DNA of 64,000 bases from IMG/VR virus record IMGVR_UViG_3300033076_001578, positions 4,173 to 68,172 of that record. One strand, 5' to 3'. This document shows, in pieces, positions 26,331 through 35,766 of the stretch. Under the pieces are notes generated by a model. That model was not told the origin of the DNA. It searched no databases and saw only the letters and a program-made list of their open reading frames with translations. The stretch comes from a virus. Lineage: Duplodnaviria > Caudoviricetes. A program made the translations under genes and the position numbers. Positions within the stretch are counted from its first letter, which is position 1, and each line of letters opens with the position of its first letter.

Positions 26331-27026
26331 ATGAAAGCATTCGCACTGACCTGGCACGGGGCGCGCGTCGAGGAACTGACGGTCGCAACATGCCCAAACC
26401 TCGACGCGGCCCTGGCCGCGGTCCGGGCCAGCAACTCCCCCACCATCAACGGCGTCGCGGCAGCCTCGGCATCCGACCTGAACCTCAGCGGCCCGACGCT
26501 GGCGGTCCTCTTCAACAAACTGCTCGACAAGGCCGTCCCCGGCGACAACACGGAAAACCATGTGGCCCGCTTCAAGGACCGCGAGTCCGGAGCGCGCCGG
26601 GTCTTCACCTTGCTCGAAGAACACTTCAAAGACGCCCCGGAGGCCGCCGCGCCTTCGACCGGCAATACCAGCGCGGCACCCGAAACCAACAACGAGGATG
26701 ACATGGCTACCAAGGGCAAAAAGAAGGTGAAGAAGGCGGCGAAGGCGAAGGTCGCCAAGGCGCCGCGCGAGAAGAAGGTGCGCGAGCCGCGCCCCAAGAA
26801 GGACCGCAGCTACAAGGACGAGGTCGTCAGCAAGGGCAGCGAGAAGCGCATGGGCGAGGCCCTGAAGCTGATCGAGCGCAAGAACGGCGCGACCGCGACC
26901 GAGATCAAGGACGGCTTGGGCGTCAGCCTCGGCACGGCCAAGAACCTGGTCTGGTACCTGCGCCGCGACGGCCACAAGATCGTGGTCGACCGCGCCAGCG
27001 AGCGCCGTCCGTACGTCATCGGTTAA
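26331..27026 (+). CDS. Putative DNA-binding protein: Lys/Ala-rich histone-like linker and C-terminal wHTH
   Basis: KGKKKVKKAAKAKVAKAPREKK followed by ALKLIERKNGATATEIKDGLGVS...LRRDG.KI...PY. It has its own promoter and terminator. Confidence 0.75.
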   Translation: MKAFALTWHGARVEELTVATCPNLDAALAAVRASNSPTINGVAAASASDLNLSGPTLAVLFNKLLDKAVPGDNTENHVARFKDRESGARRVFTLLEEHFKDAPEAAAPSTGNTSAAPETNNEDDMATKGKKKVKKAAKAKVAKAPREKKVREPRPKKDRSYKDEVVSKGSEKRMGEALKLIERKNGATATEIKDGLGVSLGTAKNLVWYLRRDGHKIVVDRASERRPYVIG

Positions 27027-27039
27027 TTGTCAGAACTGG

Positions 27040-27065
27040 CCCCGGCGGAGACGCCGGGGTCTTTT
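27040..27065 (+). terminator. Intrinsic terminator
   Basis: CCCCGGC-GGAGAC-GCCGGGG followed by TCTTTT. Confidence 0.8.
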
Positions 27066-27081
27066 CACGTAAGGGTCTATA

Positions 27082-27771
27082 GTGAAAAAGATTGAAATAG
27101 GACCCCACGTCCTCTACTGCGGCAACAACCGCGAGGTCTTCCCCCTGGTCGGACGAGTCGGTCTTTGCGCCACCGACCCGCCGTACGGGATCGGCGCCGA
27201 CGAAGCGGCCGAGGCCGCCGCGCGCCAGAACATCGAAGCACAAAAGACGCCCGGCTTGTCGAACGCGGGCAAGGGCTGGAACCTCTACGAGACGTCCGCT
27301 TGGGACCGCGAGCGGCCACCGCGCGAGACCTTCGACGCCATCCGCGCGTGCAGCGACCACCAGGTCATCTGGGGCGCGAACTACTTCACGGACTTCCTGC
27401 CGCCGTCGATGCAGTGGCTCGTCTGGGACAAGGGCCAGCGCGACTTCAGCCTGGCCGACTTCGAGCTGGCCTGGACCAGCCAGACCGACAAGGCCGCGCG
27501 GATGAAGACCTACCCGCGGTCGAAGGCCTTGGCCGACGGCAAGGTCCACCCGACGCAGAAGCCGGTCGAGATCATGAAATGGTGTATCGAGCTGATGCCG
27601 CCAGCCGACGTCGTGTTCGATCCCTTCATGGGATCCGGCACGACCGGGGTAGCGGCCGTCCAGCTGGGCCGACGCTTCGTCGGCTGCGAGATGAATGAGA
27701 AGTACTTCGAACACTGCGTCCGTCGAATCACCGACGCGCACAACCAGGGGGCGGGACTGTTCGCGCTATGA
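27082..27771 (+). CDS. DNA amino-methyltransferase (N6A/N4C, beta class) 1
   Basis: TDPPYG catalytic motif, HPTQKP, and [13 protein letters not shown]-binding motif in beta order. Confidence 0.92.
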   Translation: MKKIEIGPHVLYCGNNREVFPLVGRVGLCATDPPYGIGADEAAEAAARQNIEAQKTPGLSNAGKGWNLYETSAWDRERPPRETFDAIRACSDHQVIWGANYFTDFLPPSMQWLVWDKGQRDFSLADFELAWTSQTDKAARMKTYPRSKALADGKVHPTQKPVEIMKWCIELMPPADVVFDPFMGSGTTGVAAVQLGRRFVGCEMNEKYFEHCVRRITDAHNQGAGLFAL

Positions 27772-28469
27772 GAAAAGTCGAAATCGGGAATGCGATTCTA
27801 TACAACGGCGACTGCCGCGAGGTGATCCCGCTGCTGGGCGCGCACGCGGAGGGGCTCGCGGTCGTCTCCGACCTGCCGTACGGCATCGAGGACATGGTCG
27901 GCGGCTACGGCCGCGACGGCCGGACCATCATGAACGACAAGAACCTGGACGTGGCGTTTGGCGCACTGCGCGCGGCCGCGGACACGTTCCGCGACTTCCG
28001 CACGCTGGCGTTCTACAGCTGCCGGATCACCGACCAGTTCTTCGCGGCCGCGGCATGGAAGCGTGACGGCGGGGACGACGCCCCGCACATCGGCCGGTAC
28101 GTTGGCGAAATTATCTGGGACAAAAAAGCTCCCGGCATGGGCAACCCGATCCGCTACAGCCATGAAAACGTGGCGATCTTCGAGAAGGGCATGCCCGCCT
28201 ATCCCATGGGCGAGACGTTCTCGATCGTCGTCGACATGCGGGCGCCGACGCTGCATCCGCACCAGAAGCCGCCGCTCCTGATGGAGACCCTCGTCAACGT
28301 GGCCGGGGCGCCGGTGGTCCTCGACCCCTTCATGGGAAGCGGGTCCACGGGAGTTGCAGCACTGAAGACGGGGCGCAAGTTCATCGGCATCGAACTGGAC
28401 CCCAAGCACTTCGAGACCGCGGTCGCGCGCGTTAGGGAAGCCGACGCGACGCCGGGGCTCTGGACGTGA
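27768..28469 (+). CDS. DNA amino-methyltransferase (beta class) 2 with a DLPY variant motif
   Basis: [27 protein letters not shown]; N-terminus paralogous to the upstream MTase. Confidence 0.88.
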   Translation: MRKVEIGNAILYNGDCREVIPLLGAHAEGLAVVSDLPYGIEDMVGGYGRDGRTIMNDKNLDVAFGALRAAADTFRDFRTLAFYSCRITDQFFAAAAWKRDGGDDAPHIGRYVGEIIWDKKAPGMGNPIRYSHENVAIFEKGMPAYPMGETFSIVVDMRAPTLHPHQKPPLLMETLVNVAGAPVVLDPFMGSGSTGVAALKTGRKFIGIELDPKHFETAVARVREADATPGLWT

Positions 28470-28690
28470 AGCAGTCGCGGCGCATGTCGATGCTGGAGTC
28501 GGTGATTAACGTCGCCATCGGATATGCCGTCGCGATCGTGGCCCAGGTCCTCATCTTCCCTATGTTCGGGATCCACGTCGGCCTTGGCACGCACGCCCGA
28601 ATCGGCGCAGCCTTTACCGGCGTCAGCATCGCCAGGTCCTACCTCCTGCGGCGCTTGTTCAACGAGCTGCACCACCGGGGCGTCCAATGA
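28466..28690 (+). CDS. Small two-TM membrane protein commonly adjacent to phage MTases
   Basis: [18 protein letters not shown]...IFP.FG...SIARSY.LRRLFN pattern. Confidence 0.8.
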   Translation: MKQSRRMSMLESVINVAIGYAVAIVAQVLIFPMFGIHVGLGTHARIGAAFTGVSIARSYLLRRLFNELHHRGVQ

Positions 28691-29667
28691 AGGAACACAT
28701 CGACCGCATCAAGGGCGCGCTGGCGACCAAGGACTTCGGCACGCACCTGAACCACTACCTGTTCGAGCCGGGCTGGGTGCTCGCCTCCGACGGCCGCATG
28801 GTTGCCGCCGCGCCGACTGGCGAGGACCTGAGTTGCCTGGTGCCGGGGCCGGAGCTGGAGGCCGTTCTGGGCCGCTTCCCCGAGGACGTGGCGCTGACCT
28901 GCGAAGAAGTAGTGATCGAAGGCGGGCTCGCGAAGACTTGGCTGCGCCTGCGCGCCGGTCGCCTGAACGGTAAGATCGAGACCTTGCCGGTGACCCAGGT
29001 CAGCTTCTACCGCCCCGACGGCGACTGGCAGGTACCGCCGCCGGGCCTGTTCGCGGCCCTCAAGCTGGTCCGGCCGTTCATCGCCGAGCAGGCCGTCCAG
29101 CCCTGGGCGCTCTGCGCCTGCCTGCGGACGGGCGGCGTAGTTGCGACGAACAACATGAGCATCATCACCGCCGACTGCCCGGGCCTCGAGGTCGAGGGCG
29201 AGGTCCTGCTCCCCAGCTGGGCCGTGGACTTCGTCCTGTCATACAAGGACGACATCGTCGGCGTCATGTGGAACAAGAACTACGCCGCCTTCCGCTGGTC
29301 CGACGGCGCCTGGTTCCGGACGCAGCTGGTCGAGGGCGCGTTCCCTCCGCAGATCGGCGCGATCCTGGCGAACCCGGAACGCGCGGTCGTACCGATCGAG
29401 AAGGACTGGCTGCGGACCTACAACGACGTCGCGGCACTGTCCGAAGGTAGCGTCCGCATCGCACCGGCCGAGATGGTCGGCGGCCGCGGCAAGGCCGAGG
29501 TCCGGGCTGAGGTGGAATCCACGGTCGAGAAGGAAGTGCTCTTCAATCCAAAGTTCCTGAATGCGCCGCTCAACATGGCGAGCCACTGGGCACCCGACAT
29601 TTGGCCCGCGCCGGTGCCGTTCCGGGGAGAAGGATTCAGCGGTGTGGTGGTCGGAAGGAAGTCGTGA
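28687..29667 (+). CDS. Beta sliding clamp-like protein (DnaN fold)
   Basis: ASDG..V, LVPG.EL, EG.FP and LFNPKFL motifs; about 326 aa; directly upstream of the polymerase. Confidence 0.7.
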   Translation: MKEHIDRIKGALATKDFGTHLNHYLFEPGWVLASDGRMVAAAPTGEDLSCLVPGPELEAVLGRFPEDVALTCEEVVIEGGLAKTWLRLRAGRLNGKIETLPVTQVSFYRPDGDWQVPPPGLFAALKLVRPFIAEQAVQPWALCACLRTGGVVATNNMSIITADCPGLEVEGEVLLPSWAVDFVLSYKDDIVGVMWNKNYAAFRWSDGAWFRTQLVEGAFPPQIGAILANPERAVVPIEKDWLRTYNDVAALSEGSVRIAPAEMVGGRGKAEVRAEVESTVEKEVLFNPKFLNAPLNMASHWAPDIWPAPVPFRGEGFSGVVVGRKS

Positions 29668-31703
29668 GGCTACGTGACAACGACGTCGGACTGCTTTGGG
29701 ATAGGTCGATCAGGCCTGAAAAGGCGAAGCGCGAGCCGGGCGCCCGCGCTGCACGGTCTGTCCGTGTCGACGACGGCATGCTACGGCCGATGCCCGAGAT
29801 GAGTTGGACTCCTCCGCATACGCTCCCCGACCTGCCGCGCACCGGCCGCCTGTGCGTCGACGTCGAAACCAAGGACCCGCAGCTGTCCGAGCTCGGCCCC
29901 GGCGTCCGGCGCCCCGGCAACTACGTCATCGGCATAGCCGTCGGCACCGACGACGGCCGCCGCTGGTACTTCCCGATGCGCCACGAGGGCGGCGGCAACC
30001 TCGACGAGCGCCTGGTGTGGGCGTGGGCGCGCGAGGAGCTGAACGCATTCCGCGGGACGCTCGTCGGCGCGAACCTGTCGTACGACCTGGACTGGCTCGC
30101 CGAGAACGGCGTCGACTTCCCCCTGGTCGAATGCTTCGACGACGTGCAAGTGGCCGAGCCGCTCATCGACGAGTGGCGCTACGAGTTCAACCTCGACGCC
30201 CTGTCGTTGGACTACCTCGGCGAGGGCAAGGAGCACGGACTCCTCCAGCAGGCCGCCGCGATCCAGGGCTGGAAGACCGAGAAGCAGATCAAGTCGAACC
30301 TGTGGCGACTGCCCGCCAGCTACGTCGGGCCGTACGCCGAGGGCGACGTCGACCGGCCGCTGCGGATCCTGCCGCTCCAGGAAAAGAAGATGGAGGCCGA
30401 GGAGCTCGGGACCGTCTGGAACATCGAGCGCAGGCTGGTCCCCATCCTCGTCAAGATGACGCGCCGCGGCGTGCCCGTGAACCTCGAGCGCGCGCACCGC
30501 GTCCGCGAGGACCTGGTCCGGCGCCGCGATGAATACGTTGCCGAGATGCGCCGCCTGTCGAGCCCCAAGGCGGAGCTCATGATCCCCGAGAGCTTCGTCG
30601 CGGCGCTGCGCGAGAAGAATCTTCCCATCCCGCTTACTGCCAAGACGAAGGCGCCGTCGATCAAGAAGGAGTTCTTCGAGAAGCACGCGGGCGACCCCCT
30701 GGTCGACGCGATCGCCAACGGCCGCAAGCTGAACACGATCATCAACACCTTCCTCGACGGCCACATCCTCGGCCACCAGATCAACGGCCGCATCCACTGC
30801 TCCTGGCGGCAGCTCAAGGACGACGGCGGCGGGACCATCGCGCGCATCGCGTCGGCCGACCCGAACCTCGCCAACGTCCCCAGCCGCGACGAAGAGATCG
30901 GGCCGCTGATCCGTGGGATCTTCGAACCGGAGCAGGGGGAAGTCTGGCAGCGGGACGACATGAGCCAGATCGAGTATCGCCTGGGCGCGCACTTCGGCGT
31001 CGGCCCGAACGCCGAGAAGGTCCGCCAGCAGTACATCGACGACCCCAAGACGGACTTCCACAAGCTGGCGGCGTCGATGTGCGGCATCGACCCGGAGGAC
31101 AAGGTCGCCCGCAAGCGCGTCAAGAACATCAACTTCGCCAAGGGCTACGGCGCGCAGGCGCCGAAGCTGGCGTTCCTGATGAAGTGCTCCATCGACGAGG
31201 CCAAGGATTTCATCGCGCGCTACGACCGCGACATCCCGTTCATGCAGAAGTCGTTCGACGCCGCGAAGAATTGGGCGGACAAGCACGGCTTCGTGCGGTC
31301 GATCCTCGGCCGCCGCCAGCATTTCAATCTCTGGGTCCCGCGGAAGAAGGACTGGGACAACCCCGCGCGGCCGCTGCGGTACGACGAAGCGATCGCGCAG
31401 TACGGACACGCCATCGAGCGCTACAAGTCCTATGCCGCGTGGAACCGGAAGATGCAGTCGTCGAACGCGGACATCATGAAAAAAGCGATGGTCGACGGAT
31501 ACAAGGCGGGCATCTGTGCCGACGACGCCCTGGGGCCGTACCTCGTGACCGTCTACGACGAGCTCGACGTCAGCGTACCGCCGACGCCGCGCGGCGACGA
31601 AGCTGGCAAGGAACTCACCCGGATCATCCGGGACGCCGTTACCCTGAAGATACCGATCCTGGTCGAGAGCGATCGCGGGGAGAATTGGGGAGCGTGCGGG
31701 TAA
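29664..31703 (+). CDS. polA: Family A DNA polymerase with 3'-5' exonuclease and no 5'-3' domain
   Basis: Exo I DVE, Exo II NLSYD, Exo III YAEGD; motif A DMSQIEYR, motif B KNINF..GYG, motif C VYDE. Confidence 0.95.
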   Translation: MRLRDNDVGLLWDRSIRPEKAKREPGARAARSVRVDDGMLRPMPEMSWTPPHTLPDLPRTGRLCVDVETKDPQLSELGPGVRRPGNYVIGIAVGTDDGRRWYFPMRHEGGGNLDERLVWAWAREELNAFRGTLVGANLSYDLDWLAENGVDFPLVECFDDVQVAEPLIDEWRYEFNLDALSLDYLGEGKEHGLLQQAAAIQGWKTEKQIKSNLWRLPASYVGPYAEGDVDRPLRILPLQEKKMEAEELGTVWNIERRLVPILVKMTRRGVPVNLERAHRVREDLVRRRDEYVAEMRRLSSPKAELMIPESFVAALREKNLPIPLTAKTKAPSIKKEFFEKHAGDPLVDAIANGRKLNTIINTFLDGHILGHQINGRIHCSWRQLKDDGGGTIARIASADPNLANVPSRDEEIGPLIRGIFEPEQGEVWQRDDMSQIEYRLGAHFGVGPNAEKVRQQYIDDPKTDFHKLAASMCGIDPEDKVARKRVKNINFAKGYGAQAPKLAFLMKCSIDEAKDFIARYDRDIPFMQKSFDAAKNWADKHGFVRSILGRRQHFNLWVPRKKDWDNPARPLRYDEAIAQYGHAIERYKSYAAWNRKMQSSNADIMKKAMVDGYKAGICADDALGPYLVTVYDELDVSVPPTPRGDEAGKELTRIIRDAVTLKIPILVESDRGENWGACG

Positions 31704-31729
31704 ATGACCACAACCGAAGGGAAGATGAA

Positions 31730-32350
31730 ATGAGCCTGATCTTGTTCGTAGACACCGAGACGTGCGGCATTCCGAACGACAGTTTGCCCGACGACCACGA
31801 AGCGCAGCCGCCGCTCGTCCAGCTGGGGTGCCTGCTGGCGGACGAGGACAACGGCGCCGAATACGCCACGCTCGAGCTGATCGTCCGGCCGAACGGCTAT
31901 ACGATCCCGGACTCCGCCGCCAAGGTCCACGGCATCACGACCGCGCTCGCCGAGGCCGCGGGCGTGCCTCTGTCCCTAGTGATCCCCGCCTACGTCCACC
32001 TCCGCGCCAGGGCGTCGAAGGTCGTCGCCCACAACGCCGAATTCGACCTCAAGATCATGCGGCAAGCGATCGCGCGCAACGGCAAGCCGGTCTCGCTGCC
32101 TGGCCCCGTTGAATACGAATGCACGGCCGACCTGGCGACGCCGATCCTGAACCTGCCGCCCACCCCGCGCATGATCAAGGCGGGGTACGGCAACAAGCCG
32201 AAGCGCGCCAACTTGATGGAGGCGCACGAGTACTTCCTCGGTGAGAAGTTCGAAGGCGCGCACGGCGCCCTGGCGGACGTCCGAGCCTGCGCCCGCGTCT
32301 ACTTCGAGATCAAGCGCCGGGCGGCCGAAGCCGCGAAGGAGGTCGCGTGA
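31730..32350 (+). CDS. DEDDh 3'-5' exonuclease (DnaQ/epsilon-like)
   Basis: FVDTET.G, HGIT, AHNAEFD, CT, AHGALADV. Confidence 0.92.
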   Translation: MSLILFVDTETCGIPNDSLPDDHEAQPPLVQLGCLLADEDNGAEYATLELIVRPNGYTIPDSAAKVHGITTALAEAAGVPLSLVIPAYVHLRARASKVVAHNAEFDLKIMRQAIARNGKPVSLPGPVEYECTADLATPILNLPPTPRMIKAGYGNKPKRANLMEAHEYFLGEKFEGAHGALADVRACARVYFEIKRRAAEAAKEVA

Positions 32351-32961
32351 CGGTCTTCAAGGAATACTACGAGATGACGGGCGCGGCCGCCCTGAAGCTG
32401 GCCCGCGCCCACGCCGACAAGCAGCAAAAGGCGCGCGACGCGCACTGGAAGCTGATCAACGAGCTCAAGGCCGACGGGTACAGGCCGTCGCACGAGGGCC
32501 GCATCAAGACGCTACTGTTCGCGCCACCGTCCGGCGCCAATGCCAAGAGCGCCGTCCCGCCCGGCATGCGGTACGTCGGCAAGGACGTCGTCGACGGCAA
32601 GATCCGGCTCGAGTATGCCCCGGCGCGGAACACCAAGTCCGGACGCGAGCTCGCGAAGAAGTTCTCCGAGGTCGACCGCATCGAGTCCTGGTCGTCCTTC
32701 GCCGACGCGTTCGGCAAGTTCGAAGGGCGATCGCCGATCGGCGAGGGCAGCGGGAGCCGGACCGGCTTCCTCATCTACCACTGCCACGGCGTCCACGTGC
32801 GGAAGCCCCGGGAGCGATTCTTCCTCGTCTACCCCCGCGAGCTGAAGGATAAGTGGAAAGCACCCCCTGGCCTCAAGCTGGTGCGCGAATCCGACATGCT
32901 GCGCGCGATCGAAGATCACAACGCGGTCGTCGACCGCAAGAAAAAGAAGGTCGCGGCATGA
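32347..32961 (+). CDS. Hypothetical protein
   Basis: 204 aa coupled ORF with GC3-rich codons. Confidence 0.75.
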   Translation: MTVFKEYYEMTGAAALKLARAHADKQQKARDAHWKLINELKADGYRPSHEGRIKTLLFAPPSGANAKSAVPPGMRYVGKDVVDGKIRLEYAPARNTKSGRELAKKFSEVDRIESWSSFADAFGKFEGRSPIGEGSGSRTGFLIYHCHGVHVRKPRERFFLVYPRELKDKWKAPPGLKLVRESDMLRAIEDHNAVVDRKKKKVAA

Positions 32962-33494
32962 GCCTGTTCGAAGGAGCGACCGAGGAGCCGTTCGCCATCA
33001 CCCGCAGTGCCGTCATCACGCCGTGCGGCCTGTACCGGCTGCGTCTGGACAGGGGGATCGCCGCCGAGGGTCTGGTGGCGGTCGTCCTGGGCGTCAACCC
33101 GTCCAAGGCCGACGGCGAAGTCGACGACCCCACCGTCGTTAAGGTCACCGGCTTCGGCCGCCGCCTGGGCTGGCGGATGTTTTCGATGGGCAACAAGTTC
33201 GCGTACCGGGCAACGGACGTGAACGAACTGAAGCTCGCCGAGCATCCCGTGGGGCCGCAGAACGACGCCTTTCTCGAATCGATGATGGGGCAAGCCGACG
33301 TCGTCGTGGCGGCCTGGGGGCCGCTGTCCAAGCTGCCGCGCGGGCTGCGCGACCGATGGCGCGCGGTGTGTTGCATAGCCGACCGCGTCGGCAAGCCCCT
33401 CAAGTGCTGGGGCACGGCCCAGGACGGGCAGCCGCGGCACCCGCTGATGCTCGCCTACGACACGTCGCTCGTCGACTGGGAGAGGCCGTCATGA
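32958..33494 (+). CDS. DUF1643 family protein
   Basis: CG.YR.RL.R, GVNPS.AD...DDPT, N.FAYRAT, G..ND, V.AWG, PRHPL motifs. Confidence 0.9.
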   Translation: MSLFEGATEEPFAITRSAVITPCGLYRLRLDRGIAAEGLVAVVLGVNPSKADGEVDDPTVVKVTGFGRRLGWRMFSMGNKFAYRATDVNELKLAEHPVGPQNDAFLESMMGQADVVVAAWGPLSKLPRGLRDRWRAVCCIADRVGKPLKCWGTAQDGQPRHPLMLAYDTSLVDWERPS

Positions 33495-33898
33495 AGATCG
33501 AGCAGTTCCGCCGCCTCAAGAAGTTCATGATGATGACGATGTCGGGGTCGGAGGCCGAGGTCGCGATGGCGATCCGCAAGGCGAACGAGGCCGTCGTCGA
33601 AGCCGGGACCGACTGGAACAAGATCCTGGACCGCGTCGTGAAGGTCGAACTCGAGATCGAGTCGGTCGAGGCCGCGACGGGGCAGTCGTCGGATCCAGAG
33701 GATCGCGCGGCCGTCAGGGCAGCGTTCCGCAAGCGCGTCGACGACGCATTCACGGCGATCGAGTCCACGGACCCGCGCGGCGACTTCGCGGACTTCATTA
33801 CCAGCCTGAAGGACCAATGGGAGAAACGGGGGACCTTGACGGGTCCCCAGCTGGATGCGCTCTTCAAGAGCGCGAAGAAGACGGGGAGGTTCGAATGA
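33491..33898 (+). CDS. Hypothetical protein (DUF2786-like N-terminal helix pair)
   Basis: RLKKFM.M..SGSEAE..MA..KA pattern; coupled ORF. Confidence 0.65.
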   Translation: MKIEQFRRLKKFMMMTMSGSEAEVAMAIRKANEAVVEAGTDWNKILDRVVKVELEIESVEAATGQSSDPEDRAAVRAAFRKRVDDAFTAIESTDPRGDFADFITSLKDQWEKRGTLTGPQLDALFKSAKKTGRFE

Positions 33899-34425
33899 TT
33901 CTGTCGGGACAGACGATCCGGAGGTATTGCGACGGCGACGCGCCGCTGATAGCGCCGTTCAGTGAGCGCAAGGAGCTCGCCTACACGGACTTCCGCAACG
34001 TCGAAGGGCGCCAGGTACCTCACCAACTGAAGATGACGTACGGCGTCGGCCCGGCGGGATACGACGTCCGTGTCGAGTTCGACGAGCACGGCGAGAAGCC
34101 GAGCATCATGGTCCCGCCCGGCGGCTTCGTCCTGGCGTCCACGATCGAGCGGTTCCAGATGCCGGTCCACGTCATCGGCATGGTCGCGGACAAGAGCTCG
34201 TGGGCGCGGCGCGGCATCGCCGTCCAGCACACGGTGATCGAGCCCGGCTGGGCGGGCTGGCTGACGCTCGAGATCAGCAACCACTCCGCCGCGGCCATCC
34301 GCATCGAGCGCGGCATGCCGATCGCGCAGATCATCTTCCACGTGATCGACGAGGCCGTCGACTTCCCGTACGACGCCGCGGGCAAGTACCAGAACCAGGG
34401 CCGGGGGCCGCGGGAGGCCAAGTGA
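33895..34425 (+). CDS. dcd: dCTP deaminase / trimeric dUTPase-superfamily enzyme
   Basis: MILS, GYDVR, FVLASTIERF.MP, DKSSWARRG, TVIEPGW.G.LTLE, PIAQIIF, KYQNQ. Confidence 0.92.
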   Translation: MILSGQTIRRYCDGDAPLIAPFSERKELAYTDFRNVEGRQVPHQLKMTYGVGPAGYDVRVEFDEHGEKPSIMVPPGGFVLASTIERFQMPVHVIGMVADKSSWARRGIAVQHTVIEPGWAGWLTLEISNHSAAAIRIERGMPIAQIIFHVIDEAVDFPYDAAGKYQNQGRGPREAK

Positions 34426-34646
34426 CGATCGAATCGGAGCTCTTTAAGTTCGACGAAGCCGACCTCATCGGAGTCAGTCTGAAGAGCGTGCAGGATCAGA
34501 TCATGGAACAAATACGAGAAAAACTGCGCCAGGGCGTTCCCGTCAATCTGATCTTCAACGGCGAAGTGGTCATGACCATGTACCCGGACGGAACGACCGA
34601 GGCGGGCGGCCTGCGGTACTGGCCCAACGGAAGGATCCGCGGGTGA
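34422..34646 (+). CDS. Hypothetical protein
   Basis: 74 aa with GTGA coupling on both ends. Confidence 0.65.
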   Translation: MTIESELFKFDEADLIGVSLKSVQDQIMEQIREKLRQGVPVNLIFNGEVVMTMYPDGTTEAGGLRYWPNGRIRG

Positions 34647-35083
34647 CCATCGAATCAAACTTCTGGTCGACCGTCCACGCGAACCTCTCGCCGTACGGCG
34701 CGCTCAAGCGGATCGAAAATTCCGCCGACAAGGGTACCGGCGACGTCGCCTACTGCCTGACGCGCCCCAAGCCCGGCTCGCTGCCCGCGAGCGGCTGGCT
34801 GGAGCTGAAGGTCGCCGAGTGGCCCGCCAAGCCGCTGACGTCCATACGGCCGCGCCATCTGACGAAGGACCAGGTCCTCTTCGCCGAGGAATGGTCCGAC
34901 GCGGGCGGCCGGGCGTGGTTGATCCTCCGCGCCACCCCCTGGTACCTGCTGTTCGACCCCGCCGGGATCAGGGGGCTCTACGAGGGCCGCGTGTGCGCCC
35001 GCGACGCGCCCGCGATCGCCAAGGCGGCGTCCATCGGTCGTTTCCCTACCGGGCCGGTCCTGAAGGCCCTGACGTCTGTATAA
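34643..35083 (+). CDS. PD-(D/E)XK nuclease, VRR-NUC/Holliday junction resolvase-like
   Basis: E..FW, RIEN...G..DV, WLELK, Q..F motifs. Confidence 0.85.
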   Translation: MTIESNFWSTVHANLSPYGALKRIENSADKGTGDVAYCLTRPKPGSLPASGWLELKVAEWPAKPLTSIRPRHLTKDQVLFAEEWSDAGGRAWLILRATPWYLLFDPAGIRGLYEGRVCARDAPAIAKAASIGRFPTGPVLKALTSV

Positions 35084-35095
35084 AGGAATCGTTAT

Positions 35096-35476
35096 ATGGT
35101 GAAGAAACCCCGAAACGTGGACTTTGACCTGGGTCGCCGGACGCCCGCGGAGCGGCTCTGGCTGGCCCGCAAGGCGGCCGGGCTGACGCAGGTCCAGGCC
35201 GCCCAGCTGGCCGGGGTCGGCGAAAACGCCTATGGCGACGCCGAGAAGGGCCGGTCTGCCGCTGTCCGCGGACCTGTGCCCGGGATTCCGGGCGTCCGGC
35301 GCCCGACGCTGGCCCAGCTGCTTGCCCTGGCCCGGCGCCGCTGGGGAGGCGGCCTGGCGGCCGTGGCGTCGGAGGCTGGGTTCTGCCGGGTCTGGTACCT
35401 CGCCAAGGAGCGGTCGGGTAGCCGGGCGCTGAAGCTTCACTGGGAGGGCCTGGGCTTTACTTTTCCGCGGAAATGA
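35096..35476 (+). CDS. XRE-family HTH protein
   Basis: LWLARKAAGLTQVQAAQLAGVGENAYGDAEKG. Confidence 0.8.
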   Translation: MVKKPRNVDFDLGRRTPAERLWLARKAAGLTQVQAAQLAGVGENAYGDAEKGRSAAVRGPVPGIPGVRRPTLAQLLALARRRWGGGLAAVASEAGFCRVWYLAKERSGSRALKLHWEGLGFTFPRK

Positions 35477-35485
35477 CGCTAGGGT
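35456..35485 (+). promoter_or_regulatory. Sigma70-type early promoter TTTACT-N18-TAGGGT
   Basis: CTTTACTTTTC copy overlapping the end of the XRE gene, followed by ATAACCGGAGACG and ATG 35509. Confidence 0.7.
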
Positions 35486-35508
35486 GCTTCGATAACCGGA
35501 GACGAGCC

Positions 35509-35766
35509 ATGCGGACGAAGTACACCGACCCCGACTTTCGCAGGACCCCGCGGACGGCGCTGTTCTGCTACCAGTGCCAGAAGGACCTCAAGCCCGACAG
35601 CCCGTACCGGATGGTCTACATTGTAGACGGCATGCACGCGCTGCATCCGGACGACGTTGCAGGCTACGCCAAGGGCAAGAACGACATCGGATGGATCCAG
35701 ATCGGGTCCGACTGCGCGCGGCGCCTTGGCCTGGAGTGGTCAGTGCCGAAAAAGGAATCACAGTAA
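35509..35766 (+). CDS. Small Cys-containing hypothetical protein
   Basis: FCYQCQKDL...IGSDCA motif. Confidence 0.7.
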   Translation: MRTKYTDPDFRRTPRTALFCYQCQKDLKPDSPYRMVYIVDGMHALHPDDVAGYAKGKNDIGWIQIGSDCARRLGLEWSVPKKESQ

